A stretch of DNA of 64,000 nucleotides from Octopus sinensis. Taxonomy: Eukaryota. The translations under genes were made by a program, and so were the position numbers. The stretch is from contig NC_043001.1 of assembly GCF_006345805.1 (NCBI RefSeq), forward strand, positions 59,520,001 through 59,584,000, written 5' to 3'. The notes beneath the pieces are model-generated. The model was not told where the DNA came from. It did no database searches and saw only the letters and a program-made list of their open reading frames with translations. Positions 54,261 to 64,000 of the stretch are shown piece by piece; the stretch's first letter is position 1, and each line of letters begins with the position of its first letter.

Positions 54261-55351
54261 TTGTTTCTATATACATAATATTTCGCAGCTTTATGCAATT
54301 ATTATTGTCAAGCTAAATGATTACAAGATTAATATCTTCTCTCACTAACTTAAGAATGGCTGTTTGCTAAATTAAAAGAAAGGTTCAAATAATAATTAGA
54401 ATTTGTGATTTTTAGACAATATATTTAGGAACCATAATGATATGAGTTCTAATAATGTGTTTGTGTGTTGTAGATCAGTTAAAACAGGTCATGTATTTTT
54501 ACATATAACCATAATTCGGTAAATTTTGGGGAGCTCACCGGCACGCGCTTCACTAAAAAAAAAACCCTCGGATTTTTGCAGGTGGGGGAAACCAGACACC
54601 GATTTTTACCCAGACTCATTGGAAATACTTTTTTTCGTTGAATGAATTAGGGTTACCTCCTAATATGCCAGAAAACACATTTTTGTCCGGAAAACGGGAG
54701 TGCAGTGGTGGTGGTGGTGGTGGGGAACTCTCAGAAATTTCAAACCCCCTACTCCGCCATTTTCACGGGGGAAATTTTTTTTTTGCTGTTTCTTTCTTTA
54801 CCCATATTTTTAGATAACATTTTGCAGAAATACATTTTCGAGAGTGTGGATTACATTAGATTGAAAATTCAAACAAGTTTCAAAAGAATAAGTGAAAATG
54901 CTGAAGTTATAGAAATTAATGGTAACGAAGTCAAGGCAGGAGAGCTAATGAATGATTCATCTAAAAAAACGTTAATTTGTGTGTGCGTGTGTGAGTGTGT
55001 GTGTGTGTGTGTGTGTCTGTGCGTGTGTGTGTGTTTGTGTTTGTGTGTGTGTGAAACAAGTACAAGTATAATATTAAAACAAAATACCTTAAATCACTGG
55101 GTGTATTAATCCCAGATTGCAAAATAGATTTGAAAAATAATCCAGTTTACCTTTGCAAATATGCGCCGAAACTTTAATCAGGTAAATAAAGCGTTTCATT
55201 TTTCTATGTTTGGGAGAGAGGGTTGTGAGTGAGTGAAGGTGTGTGTAAGTGGCACTCTCTCTCCCTCTCTCTGTCACACACACGTTATCTTTCATGTAAT
55301 ACACGAATATTACTTAAACCTTCAATATATATTATATATATATTATATATG

Positions 55352-55394
<43 letters not shown>

Positions 55395-55395
<1 letters not shown>

Positions 55396-55790
55396 CATCA
55401 TCATCATCATCATCATCATTAAACGTCTGCTTTCCATGCTGGCATGAGGTTCGATGGTTAGACTGAGGACTGGCACGCAAGGAGGCTGCACAAGGCTCCA
55501 ATCTGTTCTGGCGAGGTTTCTACTTCTGGATGCCCTTCCTAAAGCCAACTCATCCGAGAGTGTAGTGGGTGCTTTATACATGCCACTAGTACCGGCATAG
55601 GCCGCATATTATATATGCCAGTACCTGCGCCACGTTAAAAACACCATTCGAATGTGGTTGATATCAGTGTACCAGACAAGCCCCTGTGCTGGTGGCATGC
55701 AAAAAGCACCCACTACATTCTTGGCGTGGTTGGCGTCAGGAAGGGCATCTAGAAAACAGGGGAGATGCAATTTCCGAGGGTTCCACCCCC
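55395..55790. mobile_element. Two oppositely oriented SINE/RTE-tail fragments forming an inverted pair
   Basis: gtggcatg..aaagcacccactaca..gttggc.t.aggaagggcatc on + (55692-55749) and on - (55527-55585); (CAT)n tail at 55395. Confidence 0.65.
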
Positions 55791-55951
55791 ACCCCTGTTT
55801 TTCGGAGAAAAGTGTTTTGCGACACATTAGGAGGTCAGCATACTTGATTCCACACAAAAAAATACGAGGTTTTATATTTTCTTAGTGAAACGCGCGTGAG
55901 TGTAATTCCCAAAATTCACTATATCTATATCTCTCTATATACATACATACA

Positions 55952-55987
<36 letters not shown>

Positions 55988-56064
55988 TATATACATACAT
56001 ATATATATATACATACATATATATATACTTACATATATATATATACATACATACATACATATAT

Positions 56065-56200
56065 TTAATCAGCCGAAATTACTACGATGATCCGGTTCTT
56101 GACTGAAGACTGAGGGGTTCGAATGTCCTGTCCATGTTTATTGTATCGTCTTCTATGAGTTATACGTTCTTGTCCATGTTGTATTTTTCTACATACCTTA
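56065..56200 (+). mobile_element. Second copy of the family C repeat (homolog of 10530-10671, reversed)
   Basis: ttaatcagccGAAAttactacgatgatccggttcttgaCTGAAGActgagggg. Confidence 0.7.
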
Positions 56201-57875
56201 ATATATATATATATATATACATACACATATATATATATATATATATACATACATATAACTTATAAAATAAGGACAAAAGAAAAATTCTAATGCCAAATAT
56301 GCCGAAAATAGAAAAAAATTTCAATAACCATTATGCGTCTCGAAACAAGCCGAAAGAAATTTCTAAAAAATTCCGTTATTACCGTATTGGTTCCAATTTC
56401 AGGGTTAATTCATAAGAATTTTCCCCTCCTCAGCGATAGATACGTAAGACACGTGCTGGCCATTGATAAAATTATTTTTTTTCCGGAAACAATTTTATCC
56501 TACATTAGTTGTGTGTATATATATATATATATATATACACTTCAATGCATTTTAATACAGTTAGTACTCGTTACTACACGGAATATCATCGTAAATACCG
56601 CTTTCCTCTATGCATTTATGTGTAGTGAAAAATTGACCCGTTGTCTTTTATATTATTGGCAGAGGTTAAGAATACGTACACCACCAGTTTTCGGTGTAAC
56701 CATAACCCTAACCCTAAACTCCGAAAACGAGTGGTGTGCGTATTCTTCACCTTCGCCCACATTGTTACCCTTTTCCCTTTTGATGCAAATCGAACGAAAG
56801 AAGTGTTGTTGTTTTTTGTATATAATATGCAGTTATGTGATCAAATATCGTTGCATACAAAATGAAAGTAAGTCGGTATCTGTATATTTAATCGCAATGT
56901 ATTCTTAGTATTTCTTGTGATGAAAAGAAAAATGTGTACTTACCGTAGTTAAAGCAATGAAATATTATTAGCTAAATGATTGTAAAGCATAGAAATATTT
57001 GAAAATGCAGACACTATAAGATGAAATACTGCAAAGCATTTAAGAGAACGTGCGTTTAAAATTAAGAATAAAAGCTATGAATAAATGAGGAATATTAACT
57101 GGAAAAAATACAGTGAAACATAAATTGTAATAATAAGTGTAAATCCAACTAACGAAAATGTTTCAACATAAAACGTTGTCAGTAACTAAAAAAGGCTTAA
57201 AAACGTAAGCCATTAATGAAAATAAGTATATAAGAAAAATGCAACGAACAAATTATTTTAATGGCCTATATCACACACAGATAGTAAAGGAAGTATTAAA
57301 GAAGTTTGAATGTGCAATGTTTGCCAAGTAGAAATTCAAAAATGAACACGTCACTTCCGCGCATGAGCACAAACTGTTGTCCGGTCATGGAAACTTCCTT
57401 GAAGCGAGGGCCCACAGTTTCAAACAATTGTGCATGCGTTACCGCAAGTCCATAGTAAACATGTATGTTTTTAAGTTATATCGTTAGAAATACTAGCTTG
57501 TTCAGTGTTTATCGATACTTAGATTATCATAGAAACTCCGAAGTAAATTATGTAATATATGCGTGTGAGTGTGTGTATGTCGTGATTTCTCTTAGGCATA
57601 GTAATACTAATAACCAGTTCAGTTATGTTTTCTCTCCCCTTTCTTTTCTGTAGAAAAGTGTAGGTTCAAAACGTTAAAGCTTCTACCATTGTTCCTGAGC
57701 ATTAAACCAATACACATTGTTTATTGTTTTTTCAACTGTTCTCTGCGTTTATTATATTTTTGAACCATATATATATATATATATATATAATATCTGATAC
57801 AGTCCCTATTTGGGGCCATCGATATCTGAAATGTTTTTTATAAAATTATTTTAGCATTTCCTACCTTGACTTTTT

Positions 57876-57991
<116 letters not shown>

Positions 57992-58450
57992 TAAGAATGA
58001 GGAAGGCCAGTTTATGGGATTACCTTAGTTTTCCCGAACATAAAGTGTTTAAATATATGGCGTATCGTCAGATACCAAAAACCAGTTGGCCCAGGGCCTC
58101 TCAAAATACATTGAGGAGGAAATGCAGACACTATACGATGAAATATTGGGCCAACAGGTTTTGGGGCTCTGACGATATACTATAAAGCTAAAACTTTTTA
58201 GGGCGGGAAACTTAAGGTAATCCCATAAATCGGCCTGCCCAACTTTTAGTATATACTGCTCTACATATTAGAGTGTTCTTCTTTCGGATTTATGTTTTCT
58301 ACACAAAACTGTCCAATGAACGGGAACGTGAAACTCTGAGTAACAGTTTTTGTGATATTTTTGCTACTTTCTAATAAAGCATGCTACTCTACCTCTGGTA
58401 TGCGAGTACTATTTTTCCCACTTTGTTTCGCAATCATGTGCTCACTATGG

Positions 58451-58481
<31 letters not shown>

Positions 58482-58994
58482 ATATATATATATTATATAT
58501 ATATATAATATATATATATATTTAATTTAATATATATAATATATATATAGATTTAATTTAATCAGGTTAGTTTACCATTAAACAGTAGATGAAACGGTGC
58601 ATCGTATAAGAAATTACAGGGTAAATGTTTTTTAATTTTCTCCTGGTTTACGGAATTGATGTTTATTTGCGGTTGAAGCTTTGGCTGTTATTTCTAGTGG
58701 GTGAATGGCCTATTATGGCCATTCCTTGATTGTGATGTTGAACTTAAAAATGGTCTATGACTATTTAATTTTTTCCCACTAGGCCGCTGGTGGCAAAAAA
58801 ATTCTACAAAATTTTTTGCCACCCTATATTGATTAATTATGAATTTTCTGGTTAATTCCGTAATGGAATCGGCGGCTTATATTTATTTGCTGCCGATAAA
58901 TTTGGCGCGAGTGCGATGATTTGAAAATTTTAGGTCAGATATTGCCGAGGCAGGGTCGGAAATGCCTCGTGAAAATATCTGTTCCGACTTGGCT

Positions 58995-59101
58995 ATTTCT
59001 TACTGATGAATCTAAGGGCCTATGGAAGATTGGCTTGATTTAATTTAATCAGGTTAGTTTACCATTAAACAGTAGATGAAACGGTGCATCGTATAAGAAA
59101 T
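58995..59101 (+). ncRNA. Type I hammerhead ribozyme, copy 1; predicted cleavage after 59093
   Basis: atttctta CTGATGA atcta [58 nt] tagat GAAA cg gtgcat cg TA taagaaat: stem I 8 bp, stem II 5 bp, stem III 3 bp, GUA triplet. Confidence 0.85.
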
Positions 59102-59481
59102 TACAGGGTACATGTTTTTTAATTTTCTCCTGGTTTACGTAATTGATGTTTATTTGCGGTTGAAGCTTTGGCTGTTATTTCTAGTGGGTGAATGGCCTAT
59201 TATGGCCGTTCCTTGATTGTGATGTTGAACTTAAAAATGGTCTATGACTATTTAATTTTTTCCCACTAGGCCGCTGGTGGCAAAAAAATTCTACAAAATT
59301 TGTTGCCACCCTATATTGATTAATTATGAATTTTCTGGTTAATTCCGTAATGGAATCGGCGGCTTATATTTATTTGCTGCCGATAAATTTGGCGCGAGTG
59401 CGATGATTTGAAAATTTTAGGTCAGATATTGCCGAGGCAGGGTCGGAAATGCCTCGTGAAAATATCTGTTCCGACTTGGCT

Positions 59482-59588
59482 ATTTCTTACTGATGAATCT
59501 AAGGGCCTATGGAAGATTGGCTTGATTTAATTTAATCAGGTTAGTTTACCATTAAACAGTAGATGAAACGGTGCATCGTATAAGAAAT
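59482..59588 (+). ncRNA. Type I hammerhead ribozyme, copy 2; cleavage after 59580
   Basis: Identical to copy 1. Confidence 0.85.
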
Positions 59589-59968
59589 TACAGGGTAAAT
59601 GTTTTTTAATTTTCTCCTGGTTTACGGAATTGATGTTATTTGCGGTTGAAGCTTTGGCTGTTATTTCTAGTGGGTGAATGGCCTATTATGGCCGTTCCTT
59701 GATTGTTGATGTTGAACTTAAAAATGGTCTATGACTATTTAATTTTTTCCCACTAGGCCGCTGGTGGCAAAAAAATTCTACAAAATTTTTTGCCACCCTA
59801 TATTGATTAATTATGAATTTTCTGGTTAATTCCGTAATGGAATCGGCGGCTTATATTTATTTGCTGCCGATAAATTTGGCGCGAGTGCGATGATTTGAAA
59901 ATTTTAGGTCAGATATTGCCGAGGCAGGGTCGGAAATGCCTCGTGAAAATATCTGTTCCGACTTGGCT

Positions 59969-60075
59969 ATTTCTTACTGATGAATCTAAGGGCCTATGGA
60001 AGATTGGCTTGATTTAATTTAATCAGGTTAGTTTACCATTAAACAGTAGATGAAACGGTGCATCGTATAAGAAAT
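59969..60075 (+). ncRNA. Type I hammerhead ribozyme, copy 3; cleavage after 60067
   Basis: Identical to copy 1. Confidence 0.85.
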
Positions 60076-60454
60076 TACAGGGTAAATGTTTTTTAATTTT
60101 CTCCTGGTTTACGAATTGATGTTTATTTGCGGTTGAAGCTTTGGCTGTTATTTCTAGTGGGTGAATGGCCTATTATGGCCGTTCCTTGATTGTGATGTTG
60201 AACGTAAAAATGGTCTATGACTATTTAATTTTTTCCCACTAGGCCGCTGGTGGCAAAAAAATTCTACAAAATTTTTTGCCACCCTATATTGATTAATTAT
60301 GAATTTTCTGGTTAATTCCGTAATGGAATCGGCGGCTTATATTTATTTGCTGCCGATAAATTTGGCGCGAGAGCGATGATTTGAAAATTTTAGGTCAGAT
60401 ATTGCCGAGGCAGGGTCGGAAATGCCTCGTGAAAATATCTGTTCCGACTTGGCT

Positions 60455-60561
60455 ATTTCTTACTGATGAATCTAAGGGCCTATGGAAGATTGGCTTGATT
60501 TAATTTAATCAGGTTAGTTTACCATTAAACAGTAGATGAAACGGTGCATCGTATAAGAAAT
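60455..60561 (+). ncRNA. Type I hammerhead ribozyme, copy 4; cleavage after 60553
   Basis: Identical to copy 1. Confidence 0.85.
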
Positions 60562-60941
60562 TACAGGGTAAATGTTTTTTAATTTTCTCCTGGTTTACGG
60601 AATTGATGTTTATTTGCGGTTGAAGCTTTGGCTGTTATTTCTAGTGGGTGAATGGCCTATTATGGCCGTTCCTTGATTGTGATGTTGAACTTAAAAATGG
60701 TCTATGACTATTTAATTTTTTCCCACTAGGCCGCTGGTGGCAAAAAAATTCTACAAAATTTTTTGCCACCCTATATTGATTAATTATGAATTTTCTGGTT
60801 AATTCCGTAATGGAATCGGCGGCTTATATTTATTTGCTGCCGATAAATTTGGCGCGAGTGCGATGATTTGAAAATTTTAGGTCAGATATTGCCGAGGCAG
60901 GGTCGGAAATGCCTCGTGAAAATATCTGTTCCGACTTGGCT

Positions 60942-61048
60942 ATTTCTTACTGATGAATCTAAGGGCCTATGGAAGATTGGCTTGATTTAATTTAATCAGG
61001 TTAGTTTACCATTAAACAGTAGATGAAACGGTGCATCGTATAAGAAAT
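60942..61048 (+). ncRNA. Type I hammerhead ribozyme, copy 5; cleavage after 61040
   Basis: Identical to copy 1. Confidence 0.85.
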
Positions 61049-61427
61049 TACAGGGTAAATGTTTTTTAATTTTCTCCTGGTTTACGGAATTGATGTTTAT
61101 TTGCGGTTGAAGCTTGGCTGTTATTTCTAGTGGGTGAATGGCCTATTATGGCCGTTCCTTGATTGTGATGTTGAACTTAAAAATGGTCTATGACTATTTA
61201 ATTTTTTCCCACTAGGCCGCTGGTGGCAAAAAAATTCTACAAAATTTTTTGCCACCCTATATTGATTAATTATGAATTTTCTGGTTAATTCCGTAATGGA
61301 ATCGGCGGCTTATATTTATTTGCTGCCGATAAATTTGGCGCGAGTGCGATGATTTGAAAATTTTAGGTCAGATATTGCCGAGGCAGGGTCGGAAATGCCT
61401 CGTGAAAATATCTGTTCCGACTTGGCT

Positions 61428-61534
61428 ATTTCTTACTGATGAATCTAAGGGCCTATGGAAGATTGGCTTGATTTAATTTAATCAGGTTAGTTTACCATTA
61501 AACAGTAGATGAAACGGTGCATCGTATAAGAAAT
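61428..61534 (+). ncRNA. Type I hammerhead ribozyme, copy 6; cleavage after 61526
   Basis: Identical to copy 1. Confidence 0.85.
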
Positions 61535-61654
61535 TACAGGGTAAATGTTTTTTAATTTTCTCCTGGTTTACGGAATTGATGTTTATTTGCGGTTGAAGCT
61601 TTGGCTGTTATTTCTAGTGGGTGAATGGCCTATTATGGCCGTTCCTTGATTGTG

Positions 61655-61685
<31 letters not shown>

Positions 61686-61695
61686 ATATATAGCT

Positions 61696-61750
<55 letters not shown>
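61655..61750. repeat. (TA)n then (GA)n microsatellite
   Basis: Direct reading. Confidence 0.95.
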
Positions 61751-61754
<4 letters not shown>

Positions 61755-64000
61755 CACACGCTTCGACATATTCTGATTAATTACCTGTTATGAACCTGTC
61801 TGCTGATGTTAAATCAACCCCATGCGTTTGCGTTATTATGTATTAACGAGATAATTTATTTATGTTTGTTTTCTCTGTCGTTTACGTCATATATTGCTGA
61901 TTCATGAAATTTTGATCAAGTGATGAAGACATTTCTAAGATTTCTATCAACTCTCATCAAACTTCACACATTTTCTTGTCTTTCAAATGTGGTATGTATA
62001 TTAGACACATAAGAAACCATTATTTCTCTACCGACTCTCAACAAATATAATTTATGATAGGCAGATTTTCTGATTACTATCAAATAAGTTATTTACTGCA
62101 TATTTCATCGCACTTCTCTTGATATATGTCAGCATGGAAATATTACCTTATTATATACACATTAATAAGTTTTATTGCTAGAACTAATGCTTTAACATCT
62201 TGGTTATAGGGACATATGTAACATCTGTACTGTATCTCAATAAGACATTACTATGTTTATTTCTCTTCGTAATCTCTATTTTATGGCTGGACACTGTGTC
62301 CTTTGTCATGCGACGAACTAATTGCTGATTGACTACTAAATATTTCAATGGGAATTATACTATATTTGCTTGAAAAACACAATAAGTTCACATTATTTCC
62401 ATCATAATGATGGTAATTACCGTATAAGTATAGATAAAACACGCTTTCGATGTTATCGCATTGCACAGTGAAAGAAAGAATACAGAAGAAGCAGCTAGAT
62501 AGCCAGTATGAGACCGACTGCTTGCATTTCATGCTACCGTGGCAGCAAGGTAGCGGTCGTTTGAACAGTCAAATCTCGAATGTAATGGTCAATTCGCACA
62601 AATTTCGAAAAGAAAATACATCATGATGCATAAAGTTTTCCTAATGCGACGGTCATGGATAGAAAATTCTTATTCATAGGTTTTCTCGGTCAAGCATATC
62701 GACAATAACAACCATCAATCGCCTTTGACATCGTGGAGCTTCCTAGGCAGCCGGTAATAAAATCAGAAGGAAAAATTCACAGTAATAAAGTCATAATTTT
62801 GGCTAGGAAAAATGTCACAATTAATTTATGGAATCAAGACAATACTCCACTCCGTACAAAACCTCTTTTGACTTCCTTTCCTGTGACTTTTTATATGTGA
62901 CTTTTTAATTTTACCTGGATTCGAATCCTATATAGTCAATCGACAAGTTAGATGTAACAAACAAATACAACAAATCATCCTATTGTTTCTTTAAAAAAGG
63001 ATGCAGTGAATTGTATATTTCTCTATACACTGTGCTATGCCTGCTAAAAGAGACAGGGTGTCCAATACTGGAATAAATTTGTTCGATCGATGTTGACTGA
63101 ACAGAAAAAAGAAGACTTGTTTTAATATATTGATTATGAGACTGGCGTACTGTATTCTGCGTAAATGCGCGACAGCTATACCAAGAAGATGGTCGCTAGA
63201 ACTGCAAGCAATAGCATTCATAATTTCTGCAAATCACAATCCCGTCATCGAAAGGGAATGGATACAGTGGAGAAACTGGTCCTGGCTATATATTGCATCT
63301 AAGTTGGGGTGTTCAATGCATGAATTCGCATAATTCTATGTTTACTCAATTATGATTGACGTAGTGCGACAACAAGATTCCCTTTACGATTTCCAATAAA
63401 AAAAAAAATCATCATTATTTTATCGCTATCAACAAGTAGTGCTGAGTTATTAAGAATCTTGGTTCTTCAGTATGACCTTATTGCGTTGCATATTTAGGGA
63501 TGCGTCTACTCTCATAATATGTGATTGATCAGAGTTCTCTGAATAGAATTTTCCAGATAAAGAATCTGGGGAATCCCATATTTAGAGCATTCATTTTCAT
63601 GTGTGATAAACTTCATCATTCAAGGTGGTGCTCCAGTATGGCTGTCGTCAAGTGATTGAAACAAGTAAAAGAATTCGTTCTCTTTAATGCCACTATTTGG
63701 CTCATGATTGCATTTAGCACTCGGGCCCGTTTCCAAGCCTGGCGTGTGACATGATTCCTTCTCCCCTCGTACGACACTCCGAGCTGAATTACTAGAAAAG
63801 CCGTGATTAATGTCCTTCCTTCTCTGAACAGGGAACAAAATTTTTTTTAAAACAAGCTTAATATTCAAATTAGAAATCTTCATTAGTAGCAATACAAGAA
63901 GTGTAATTTTCGAAATGTCACAGTCGATTCATGTTAAATTTACATCACACAGCCGTAATGTGATAAAATGGGCAATTGACGATTCAAAAAATAGGCAAAT

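Larger units (their letters stand above)
58550..61656 (+). mobile_element. Tandem array of a 487-bp non-coding unit (~6.4 copies), retrozyme-like, flanked by (TA)n
   Basis: Unit starts at 58550, 59037, 59524, 60011, 60497, 60984, 61470. There are only a few differences per copy, no ORF >=60 aa, and one hammerhead per unit. Confidence 0.9.

Noticed and set aside
56700-56720. Interstitial telomere
   Set aside because: Only about two CCCTAA units, inside a probable mobile element.
59423-59480. HDV-like or pistol ribozyme in the array unit
   Set aside because: There is no P3/L3/P4 arrangement for HDV and no conserved GCG or GU cleavage context for pistol; it was kept only as an unclassified structure.
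59100-61200. Single-base indels between array copies as functional variants
   Set aside because: Several lie in or next to homopolymers and may be long-read consensus errors.
58550-61656. Array as CRISPR, rDNA/5S/snRNA cluster or coding VNTR
   Set aside because: There are no unique spacers, no similarity I recognise to rRNA or snRNA, and no ORF >=60 aa; 487 is not a multiple of 3.
58550-61656. Antisense ribozyme (ambisense viroid-like replicon)
   Set aside because: No CUGANGA or U3-A8 core with matching stems was found on the minus strand by eye; other ribozyme classes were not excluded computationally.

Overview
AT-rich eukaryotic DNA dominated by microsatellites and decayed transposons. 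The repeat repertoire (tRNA-derived SINEs in microsatellites, Penelope-like elements, R4/Dong LINEs, Tc1/mariner, piggyBac, Helitron/Helentron derivatives) looks like a coleoid cephalopod, probably Octopus; this is inference. No host gene or intact ORF is recognisable, and most listed ORFs are translated microsatellites. The notable content is catalytic RNA. (1) A (TA)n-flanked tandem array of a 487-bp non-coding unit (58550-61656, about 6.4 near-identical copies) carries six complete type I hammerhead ribozymes. Each has a branched stem II and an adjacent structured domain, giving the layout of a non-LTR retrozyme that would release ~487-nt monomers or circles. (2) Three unrelated dispersed repeat families carry hammerhead cores whose strands are in non-circularly permuted order, with different but complementary stems (52637-52699, 41454-41516/50586-50630, 10617-10671/56065-56115). 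(3) Penelope termini carry minimal hammerheads, including a U3-A8 compensatory core. All structures were derived by eye and need folding, covariance and cleavage tests.
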